DNA of 64,000 nt, from IMG/VR virus record IMGVR_UViG_3300046170_000299; one strand, 5' to 3'. This DNA comes from a virus. The notes under the pieces are model-generated. The model did no database searches. It had not been told where the DNA came from and saw nothing but the letters and a program-made list of their open reading frames with translations. A program made the position numbers and the translations under genes. Numbering within the stretch: the stretch's first letter is position 1; the number at the start of each line of letters is the position of its first letter. This document shows, piece by piece, positions 37,235 to 44,936 of this stretch.

Positions 37235-38476
37235 ATGAAAGCAGGAGATTTTTTCAGAAATGGTGGAAGGTATCTTGATCGTATGGATACCTTATTTGAT
37301 AAAGCTTTAAGACGTAATGGAAAAGAAAATCTTTTCTCAACAGACATTGGTGTTGTTGAGGTAGCAGGATTTACAGTCACTCGTAAAAATGCAGGTAAGT
37401 ATGTAACTTCACCCTTTCAAGATTTTCATAGTATCAAAGGAAATGCTGGTAAAGAAAATTCTGCAAAGATGCTTTTTGATGCTGTGTGTAGAGAAGGTCT
37501 TCGTGGTAAAAATAATATTGAATTTACATGCAATTTTCCTACAGGAAAAAATGTGTCTCGTGCTGTAAGTAGTGTTGATATTTACTTAGACTTAGAAGAC
37601 TTTACAAAAACTGGTGAGTTTGGTGGACAAATCAAAGGTGGTAAAAAAATTAATATGGGTAATGTTTATGAAGATGATCTTACTCAATCCTTAATTGATT
37701 ATTGTTCTGGTAAAAAACCTAAAAAATATCCAGATCATGTCAATATGATTATTGATGCCATGGTCAAAAAATTTGGAGAAGGACCTACCTTCGCAAAAGG
37801 TGAGGGTGAAAAGAATCAAAAACGTCCTCTTAAAAAGAAAGGAAGTAATATTGTTATCTCTGCTGGTGGTGCAACTACAAATGATATCGGAAAGACAATC
37901 ACAGATATTACACTGACAGTTGCTGACAAACCAGTATACATTTCAGTAAAGTTTGGAAGCACATTATCTTTCTTTAACTGTGGTGTACGTAGTAGTGGTA
38001 AAGATAATCTAGCATTATTTCCAGAAGCAAAATTAAAACTGGGTGAAGTACCTGATGATGGTCAAGAATTTCTAGAAATGTTTGGTATAGATCAACAAAA
38101 ATTTTTAGATGTATTTGCTAACTACGGAACTAAAAGTGGTCCTACAGTAGAAAATCATGTTGATGATACTAAACTATCAGTTTCTGGTAAGGCAGCATTA
38201 CAGGATATGATTAAGAGTGGGGTTGGTTATGGATATTGGATGGCGCACTATACAGGATCTCATTTAGAATTTTATGAGATCGATGAAGACTATATGAACA
38301 AAGCTGCTTCTCTTGTTAGTAATACCGTTGAAATTAATTATGGTGGTGCTACTGGTAAAGGTAAACGTATTGATATGTTATTTGAAACTAAATCATATAA
38401 TTTCAAATTTAATATTAGAAACAAACAAGGTGGAGTTTATCCTACACATACCAATGGAGATTATTATAAGAAGTAA
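37235..38476 (+). CDS. hypothetical protein, possible PD-(D/E)XK-like nuclease
   Basis: The 413-aa ORF is solid. The nuclease idea rests only on the TDITL...YISVK segment. Confidence 0.6.
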   Translation: MKAGDFFRNGGRYLDRMDTLFDKALRRNGKENLFSTDIGVVEVAGFTVTRKNAGKYVTSPFQDFHSIKGNAGKENSAKMLFDAVCREGLRGKNNIEFTCNFPTGKNVSRAVSSVDIYLDLEDFTKTGEFGGQIKGGKKINMGNVYEDDLTQSLIDYCSGKKPKKYPDHVNMIIDAMVKKFGEGPTFAKGEGEKNQKRPLKKKGSNIVISAGGATTNDIGKTITDITLTVADKPVYISVKFGSTLSFFNCGVRSSGKDNLALFPEAKLKLGEVPDDGQEFLEMFGIDQQKFLDVFANYGTKSGPTVENHVDDTKLSVSGKAALQDMIKSGVGYGYWMAHYTGSHLEFYEIDEDYMNKAASLVSNTVEINYGGATGKGKRIDMLFETKSYNFKFNIRNKQGGVYPTHTNGDYYKK

Positions 38477-39669
38477 TGTCAAACATTAAACAGCTAAAAC
38501 ATTTAGAACATCTAGAAGATGAAATGCTCAACTATGGAGTTGAGGGTTGTAAAGCTGCTGTGTCTTTTTTAAAAGAACTTAAGAAAATGTTGGGTCATCA
38601 AGAGAGTGGTGGTTTTATGCAAACAAAATGGGATGGTGCTCCTTCAGTTATTTGTGGCACAGATCCTCAGACAGGAATGTTTTTTGTTGGCACTAAATCT
38701 GTATTTGCAAAGACTGCTCCTAAACTTTGCTATAGTGAAGAACAGATTGATGGGTGGTATGAGGGTGACCTAGCAGAAAAATTAAAATTCTCTCTTCGTT
38801 ATTTTTCTACTTTGGGTATTGAAGGTGTGGTACAAGGTGATCTTTTATTTACTTCTGATATTAAAAGGGAACGAATTGATGGGGAGGATTTATATACATT
38901 CAGACCAAATACTATTACCTATGGTATTCCAGTAGATCATCCTATTGGTAAGGCAGCAGGTATTGCAAAAGTTGGTGTAGTATTTCATACTCATTATACT
39001 GGAGACGTAGTTGCTGACATGCAAGCAAGAGCTGGTGCAAAAGTAAAAGGATCTGCCGAAGCTTTAGTAGTTCAAAATGATACACCAATGCATAGAGTTG
39101 GTTTTTCTCGTGCAGAAATGAGTGAGTTTGATCGTTATATTTCAAAGATCGAACGCATGTGTGGTATCTGTGGTCCTTTCCTTGATGAATTAGTTACCAA
39201 GACAGGTACTACTGGTGATGCTAAATTCCACATCGCATCTTATCTAAAGCAGTTCTTTAACAATGAGATTAAGAATGCTCGTAGTATCGGCAAAATTGAT
39301 GAGGCGATGTATGACATGTTGAACTTCTACGAAGAGAAAACAAGTAAAGAACTTGCCAAGATCAAGACAGTTGCAAACCTGACTAAGAAGAGAGCTCTTG
39401 TATATGGTAGTCAGAATTATGTTGTGGATAATGTATACAAGTTCAAAGCAATGCTAACACTGTACAAAGAATTGCAAGCAGTGAAGCAAATGGTTATAGA
39501 TAAACTTGACCACCTAGAAGAGTTCAGGACTTTTGTCCAGACAGAGAAAGGATATAAGGTCACAACTCCTGAAGGATATGTTCTGCATAAGGATGGCAGT
39601 ATGATTAAGTTTGTTAACCGTATGGAGTTTGCATACAACAACTTTACTCTTCAGAAGCAATGGCGTTAA
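38476..39669 (+). CDS. DUF6267-like protein with covalent nucleotidyltransferase (RNA-ligase-type) motifs
   Basis: Motif I TKWDG, III VQGDL, IV PEGYV, V IKFV; N-terminal KHLEHLED. Confidence 0.7.
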   Translation: MSNIKQLKHLEHLEDEMLNYGVEGCKAAVSFLKELKKMLGHQESGGFMQTKWDGAPSVICGTDPQTGMFFVGTKSVFAKTAPKLCYSEEQIDGWYEGDLAEKLKFSLRYFSTLGIEGVVQGDLLFTSDIKRERIDGEDLYTFRPNTITYGIPVDHPIGKAAGIAKVGVVFHTHYTGDVVADMQARAGAKVKGSAEALVVQNDTPMHRVGFSRAEMSEFDRYISKIERMCGICGPFLDELVTKTGTTGDAKFHIASYLKQFFNNEIKNARSIGKIDEAMYDMLNFYEEKTSKELAKIKTVANLTKKRALVYGSQNYVVDNVYKFKAMLTLYKELQAVKQMVIDKLDHLEEFRTFVQTEKGYKVTTPEGYVLHKDGSMIKFVNRMEFAYNNFTLQKQWR

Positions 39670-40223
39670 ATTGTAACAAGTGCTATTTTACATTTGGTAG
39701 GTTTCAACCACCTACTACAGGACACAAAGAAAACTTTGCTGGCGTAAAAGCAGCTGCAGGGTTACACGATTATCGTATCTACATTTCACAGACTGTAGAT
39801 ACAAAAGGTAGCAATCCATTGCCGCCAGATCGTAAAAAGTTTTATATGGATAAGATGTTTCCTGAACATAAAGGTAAAATTTATAGTGGTCCTAGAGATC
39901 CAGTTAAAATTTTACAGGACATTATGCTTGCAGGATACAATGAAGTTATATTCCTTGTAGGTTCTGACAGAGTTGCTGCCATGCAGTTCCTCCATAAATA
40001 TAATGGTAAAGATTTCTCATTCCGTAAAATTGATATCCAATCTTCTGGAAGTAGAGACGCTGATGGTGATACCTTTGCCATTTCTGGAACTAAGATGAGA
40101 CGTGCAGCACATGCTGGTGACTTTGATACATTCAGAAAGGGTATTCCTAGAGCATTAAATGATCGTGATTGTCGTGCTCTTATGGCAGAGATTGCAATGG
40201 CACTACCTAAGAATTTTAAATGA
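39660..40223 (+). CDS. cytidylyltransferase-like (HIGH family) nucleotidyltransferase
   Basis: FGRFQPPTTGH, LVGSDR, ISGTKMR. Confidence 0.88.
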   Translation: MALNCNKCYFTFGRFQPPTTGHKENFAGVKAAAGLHDYRIYISQTVDTKGSNPLPPDRKKFYMDKMFPEHKGKIYSGPRDPVKILQDIMLAGYNEVIFLVGSDRVAAMQFLHKYNGKDFSFRKIDIQSSGSRDADGDTFAISGTKMRRAAHAGDFDTFRKGIPRALNDRDCRALMAEIAMALPKNFK

Positions 40224-40447
40224 AAGATTTTAAGAAGCTGCGTGAAGAAGCACTCCGTCAACAACAACGACAGGATGAAGTTTTCAAAGAAGGTGACATT
40301 GTTATGTCATCACGTACAGGAGACAAAGGACACATTCATAGAGCAGGTGGTAACTATGCCATCATTATTTCTGAAGAAGGAAATATGTTCCGTGAATGGA
40401 TAAAGAACATTAGATCTATAAATAATACGAGAAGAACCTCCCTTTAA
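40220..40447 (+). CDS. small SH3-like hypothetical protein
   Basis: FKEGDIV...GDKGHIHRAGGNYAIIISEEG; ATGA-coupled. Confidence 0.65.
   Translation: MKDFKKLREEALRQQQRQDEVFKEGDIVMSSRTGDKGHIHRAGGNYAIIISEEGNMFREWIKNIRSINNTRRTSL
40417..40424 (+). promoter_or_regulatory. late promoter TATAAATA
   Basis: Exact consensus upstream of ORF 40451. Confidence 0.75.
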
Positions 40448-40450
40448 GAA

Positions 40451-41242
40451 ATGAAGAAGCCAGATCCTATTAATAAAGTAAGACACAGTGATGAGTTTTC
40501 ATCTGGACTGATGGAACAGTATGGTAAGTGGATGGGTGGCGATTGCTTCCAGAATACTGACATGCCCGACCTCCATGAAGCACCTTTCGATGGCATGGAT
40601 CCGCAATCCAATGGTGCTGAGATTGAGGACACTACTAAGAAAAAGAAGAGTGCTAAGAAAGAGTCTCCTAAAGCACAACTTGATACTAAGGAAGAGTATG
40701 AAGTTTTAGAAAGAGAGGAGGTTGAAATTGATGGCGAACTTTATGTTCTAGAGAAGAGGAGATATGCTACTGAAGGTATGGCAGCAGCTCGTGATAACGT
40801 TGGTGCTTCTACATGCTGGAAAGGATATAAGGCAAAGGGAACTAAGAATAAAGGTGGTAAAGAAGTTCCTAACTGTGTAAAGGAAGAGGAAGTAGCAGAG
40901 CATCATCAAAAAGATGCTGACGGTAAGGTCATTGAGCATGATGGTGAAGAGCTAGAAGAAGCAAAGAAAGGACTTTATGCTAATATCCATGCTAAGAGAA
41001 AGCGTGGGGAAGCACCTGCAAAAGCAGGTAGTGAAGACTATCCTGCCAAGGATGCATTCAAGAAAGCAGCAAAGACTGCTAAGAAAGAAGAGGTTGAACT
41101 AACTGAGAAGAAACTCGATCCAGTTGGTAAGGCAGATGCTGACATCGATAACGATGGTGATGTAGATAAGTCTGACAAGTATTTACATGCACGTCGTAAG
41201 AAGGTTACTAAGATCATCTCAATGACGAAGAAGAAAAAATGA
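40451..41242 (+). CDS. highly charged modular late protein (candidate internal head protein)
   Basis: K/E-rich modules CWKGYK...VPNCV, GLYANIHAKRKRG and DADIDNDGDVDKSD. Confidence 0.65.
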   Translation: MKKPDPINKVRHSDEFSSGLMEQYGKWMGGDCFQNTDMPDLHEAPFDGMDPQSNGAEIEDTTKKKKSAKKESPKAQLDTKEEYEVLEREEVEIDGELYVLEKRRYATEGMAAARDNVGASTCWKGYKAKGTKNKGGKEVPNCVKEEEVAEHHQKDADGKVIEHDGEELEEAKKGLYANIHAKRKRGEAPAKAGSEDYPAKDAFKKAAKTAKKEEVELTEKKLDPVGKADADIDNDGDVDKSDKYLHARRKKVTKIISMTKKKK

Positions 41243-41601
41243 AATCCTTTGATAAGTTCCGTGAAGAGTGCGGTTGCGATGAAAAGGAAAAGAAGGTAAA
41301 ATCTAAACTAAAGAATAAAAAGTCTGGTAATGTAGAAGTGATGCCTAATATTCCTGATGGTAAGAAAGGGATGACCACCCGCGCAACTAATGAAGCAAAG
41401 AACTATCAAGGTCCTTTGTATGCACCGTGGTCTTCTGTTGTAAAAGGAAGAGGATTTGATCCTATTGAAGAAAGAAAAGTAAAAGAATCATTTGAGGGTG
41501 GTGTTCAAAAAGCACGCCGTGACTATCGTTCTGGTACGTTATTAACTTTCAAACAATTCATGTCAAAGATTACTGATATCTTAGATGAGTGGGAGAAATA
41601 A
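41239..41601 (+). CDS. hypothetical late protein
   Basis: 120 aa, Lys-rich, ATGA-coupled. Confidence 0.65.
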   Translation: MKSFDKFREECGCDEKEKKVKSKLKNKKSGNVEVMPNIPDGKKGMTTRATNEAKNYQGPLYAPWSSVVKGRGFDPIEERKVKESFEGGVQKARRDYRSGTLLTFKQFMSKITDILDEWEK

Positions 41602-41628
41602 ATAGGCTATGCAATATGATTTAAGATT

Positions 41629-41829
41629 ATGCTATCCTTTCTATTACCACTCGCAACAAAAGTAATTTCAGACGCAGTTGCCAAGATCCCTGAAAATGAG
41701 GAACTTGGAGAAAAACTGATTGACATCTGTTTAGTTATTCTCGGCAAGGCAGTCAAATTGACTAAGACCGATATGGATGACAAACTACTTGAAACTGTTA
41801 CTGCTGCTATTAAAGCAAGAGAAGAGTGA
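41629..41829 (+). CDS. conserved hypothetical protein
   Basis: 66 aa, preceded by TAAATA at 41599. Confidence 0.7.
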   Translation: MLSFLLPLATKVISDAVAKIPENEELGEKLIDICLVILGKAVKLTKTDMDDKLLETVTAAIKAREE

Positions 41830-41835
41830 TACTCT

Positions 41836-41857
41836 GGGGGAGCAATCCCCCTTTTTT
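41836..41857 (+). terminator. intrinsic terminator
   Basis: GGGGGA-GCAA-TCCCCC followed by TTTTTT, running directly into the late promoter TATAAATA at 41857-41864. Confidence 0.85.
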
Positions 41858-41900
41858 ATAAATAAACATTAGATAATAGTAATATTCGGAGCACACGTCA

Positions 41901-42518
41901 ATGTCCCTTTACGGAAGAACTGACAGCAATGCAAACAAAACCAAAGCTGGTGTGGGCATTGCAGCGTCAAGTCAAGCAAAAACAACTGTCTTTGTTGATA
42001 AAACTGAGGCGCAACTAGCAGAAACTAGATCTCGTGGTATCACCGCTCCTGGTTGGTGGTCCTATTTCACATATACTGATGCGGATGGCAACACTCGCCA
42101 TAAAGCAGAGCAACTTGTGAACATCGCTAACCCTGATCTCAACTCCAACGAGACTCAAACAGATGACACTATCGCAGCAGATGTAGCATCGGCAGTAACA
42201 ATTACTGCACAACCTGCTAACTCCACATCTTCTTCTGGTGCTGGTACATATACTCTTAGCACATCTACAACAGGAACACCTGGAACACTTGCGTATCAGT
42301 GGCAGCGTCAAACTGCAGGCGGTAAGCGTTGGACTAACATCACTGCTTCTCTTGACACTGGTATCACCTATGCAGACTTCACGACAGCAACTCTTGCTTA
42401 CAGTGGCCTCGCTGGCGCTACTCTGGACGGTAACAAGTTTAGAGTCAAGATCACCTCTGCGGGTGGTACTGAAGAAGTAATTTCTAACGGCGCAGCAACA
42501 CTAACATTCGGTAGCTAA
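41901..42518 (+). CDS. virion structural protein with C-terminal Ig-like domain
   Basis: N-terminal PGWW.Y..YTD..G..RHKAE; Ig-like ITAQP...LAYQWQ...FRVKIT...VISNGAATLT. Confidence 0.75.
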   Translation: MSLYGRTDSNANKTKAGVGIAASSQAKTTVFVDKTEAQLAETRSRGITAPGWWSYFTYTDADGNTRHKAEQLVNIANPDLNSNETQTDDTIAADVASAVTITAQPANSTSSSGAGTYTLSTSTTGTPGTLAYQWQRQTAGGKRWTNITASLDTGITYADFTTATLAYSGLAGATLDGNKFRVKITSAGGTEEVISNGAATLTFGS

Positions 42519-42521
42519 TGA

Positions 42522-42878
42522 ATGAATATAAGTGAACTGAACCATGAAAACTGGTTATTCTTTGCAATTCAAAATTATAACAACCCGTTGTCCGTAACTT
42601 ATTCAGATTTTGAAGAAGACTTAAAGAGATTTAAGTATATTAAAAGACTACTGAAGAGATACGAGACAACGGGAGAGTTAAAGACTCACCTATTACTTAA
42701 TCATGTGATAGTTTTATATAATGTTTTTGATGATGCAGCAACCCCACTGCTATTTTACAGAATAGAAGCAACATATTGGTCTGTAATCAAGGCGTTCATG
42801 TTGTTTCTAAATAGATTACCACCCAAACTTAATGAGGATGTTGACCAGGAATGTCTAAAGGAACTAAACCTAATATAG
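42522..42878 (+). CDS. conserved T4-like hypothetical protein
   Basis: FEEDLKRFKYIKRLL, LLNHVIVLYNVF. Confidence 0.8.
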   Translation: MNISELNHENWLFFAIQNYNNPLSVTYSDFEEDLKRFKYIKRLLKRYETTGELKTHLLLNHVIVLYNVFDDAATPLLFYRIEATYWSVIKAFMLFLNRLPPKLNEDVDQECLKELNLI

Positions 42879-42883
42879 AAGAA

Positions 42884-43555
42884 ATGATTAATTCCGCAGG
42901 GGATGGTTCTGGTCTCCAGTTACCACCTGCATTTGTCATGGTAAATCCTAGACAACATCGTGCATATAAAAAAGGTAATGAAAATATTGACGGGCGCTCT
43001 AAAGGTGCTCGCTCTCTCTTCGACCGTATCCAAAAAAGAAAAATGAAAGAAGACACAAACGTAACCGAAGCTCTGTCTACAGATACTGAGAGAGCTCAAA
43101 AACAGATTACTCAGGGTAAGAAACTGGGTCGTCAAAAAGATCTCCAGAAAAAACGTGGAGAAGCAAAAGAAAAAATGATGCGTAAATCTAAAGAAATGGA
43201 TACGCTTATGAAAGCACGTCTTTCTGATTTTAAAAAGAAAGCGTCTGATCAAACAAAAAAACTTAAGAAAGAAGAAACTGAAGTGACTACTAATACTATG
43301 AATGAAAACCAAGATGTAATCCAAGTTGCACTTGATGTTGCAACATCTGAACTTAACCCTGCAGGTGAAGGTTCATTTGCTAAGATCCAGTTCTCTGATG
43401 GTGGAGTACAAAACCTAGATAATTTCTCTGCTAAGAGAATTGCTGCTTGTTATGCACAACTAGACGACACACATAAGCCACAGTTTCAGTACATGCTGAA
43501 TAAAAATGCTGCTTCTTATCAATCTGCTCTAGATTTTGCTGTTCGCAACGTCTAA
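42884..43555 (+). CDS. hypothetical protein (coiled coil, Lys-rich)
   Basis: Track ORF 42851-43555; the ATG at 42884 lies clear of the upstream gene. Confidence 0.7.
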   Translation: MINSAGDGSGLQLPPAFVMVNPRQHRAYKKGNENIDGRSKGARSLFDRIQKRKMKEDTNVTEALSTDTERAQKQITQGKKLGRQKDLQKKRGEAKEKMMRKSKEMDTLMKARLSDFKKKASDQTKKLKKEETEVTTNTMNENQDVIQVALDVATSELNPAGEGSFAKIQFSDGGVQNLDNFSAKRIAACYAQLDDTHKPQFQYMLNKNAASYQSALDFAVRNV

Positions 43556-43561
43556 AGGAAA

Positions 43562-43960
43562 ATGTCGGACATTAATTCAGCAATTTTAGAAAGACTAGAA
43601 AAAGTAGTAGACTCATTACAGGAAAATTCTGTAAAGATGGGTCAATTGCTTGCTGTACATAATGAAAAACTAGCTAAACAAGGTGAAGTCGATGGAATTC
43701 TATTTGAAAAGATAGATAGAATTCATTCAGATCTTAATAAGGAGACTGATAGTATAAAAAAGGGATGTGAGAGAGACATCCGTCTTGTAGATGACAGACT
43801 CAGGATGATGGAGAAAAAGATGTGGACTATCTTTGGTGGTCTCGCTGTGATCTCATTCTTGGTCAGTGTGCCAGGTCAATCTTTGCTTAGGACATTGACA
43901 CCTGCTCAACCTTCTGCTAATATGAGCGCAGTGCAAACCTCTCTCATTGAGTTATCTTGA
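43562..43960 (+). CDS. coiled-coil protein with one C-terminal TM helix
   Basis: ILERLEKVV...VHNEKL coiled coil followed by WTIFGGLAVISFLVSV. Confidence 0.7.
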   Translation: MSDINSAILERLEKVVDSLQENSVKMGQLLAVHNEKLAKQGEVDGILFEKIDRIHSDLNKETDSIKKGCERDIRLVDDRLRMMEKKMWTIFGGLAVISFLVSVPGQSLLRTLTPAQPSANMSAVQTSLIELS

Positions 43961-44936
43961 CGTTAAGTACATAAATTTAATATCCCCTCGCTTGACTCTT
44001 TTCAGTCGTAAGAAGGCAGACCTGTATAATTTCAGGTGTCCTTACTGTGGTGACTCGCAAAAGAGACGCAACAAAGCGAGGGGGTATTTGTTTAAGATTA
44101 AAAACAATTTTACTTATAAATGTCACAATTGTGGCGTAGGTAGATCTCTTGCTAATTTTTTAAAAGATCAAGATACACATCTCTATGATCAATATATCAT
44201 GGAGAAATTTAAAGAAGGCAGCACTGGCAAGGGTACTGCAACTCCAAATCCAAAACTTATTTTTTCCAAACCAAAATTTGTTAAAAAAGATATAGATCTT
44301 GAGAAGATTTCAGAGCTAAATAATTCTCACCCAGCACGAGTTTATCTTGAGCAACGTGGTATCAAAGACCTAGATTATTTTTACTATTGTCCAAAATTTA
44401 AAGAGTGGACAAATAATAGAAAGAGGACATTCGATACCTTAAGACAAGATTCACCACGTATTATTATTCCATTCAAAGATAAAGACGGAAACCTCTTCGG
44501 TTACCAAGGCAGATCGCTCGCCCCCAAGGCAAAACTAAGATACATTACGATCATGCTTGACGAAGATCAACCTAAGATCTTTGGTTTGGACAGAGTAAAA
44601 ACAGATGAACCCATTTATATCGTCGAAGGACCCTTCGACTCGATCTTCATTAAAAACTCGGTTGCTATGGCTGGGTCCGATGCTGATATTCGGACGTTTG
44701 GTTGGAGCAATCATATTTGGGTTTTTGATAACGAACCACGTAACCGAGAGATCGTCGCCAGAATCTCCAAGTCAATTGACAGAGGAGATAAAGTAATCAT
44801 CTGGCCAAAAAATATACAACAAAAAGACATCAATGACATGCACTTAGCTGGACATGATGTACAAACTTTGGTAGAATCAAATGTCTATCAGGGATTAACC
44901 GCAACCCTTAAATTTAACGACTGGAAAAAAGTATGA
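43947..44936 (+). CDS. gp61: DNA primase gp61
   Basis: Zn-binding RCPYCGDS...CHNCG; TOPRIM VEGPFDS, VFDNEPRN, KDINDM. Confidence 0.96.
   Translation: MSYLDVKYINLISPRLTLFSRKKADLYNFRCPYCGDSQKRRNKARGYLFKIKNNFTYKCHNCGVGRSLANFLKDQDTHLYDQYIMEKFKEGSTGKGTATPNPKLIFSKPKFVKKDIDLEKISELNNSHPARVYLEQRGIKDLDYFYYCPKFKEWTNNRKRTFDTLRQDSPRIIIPFKDKDGNLFGYQGRSLAPKAKLRYITIMLDEDQPKIFGLDRVKTDEPIYIVEGPFDSIFIKNSVAMAGSDADIRTFGWSNHIWVFDNEPRNREIVARISKSIDRGDKVIIWPKNIQQKDINDMHLAGHDVQTLVESNVYQGLTATLKFNDWKKV

Noticed and set aside
39660-40223. Possible CCA-adding enzyme for the CCA-less tRNAs
   Set aside because: It has HIGH-family motifs, not the Pol-beta GG..RD/DxD motifs of CCA enzymes.
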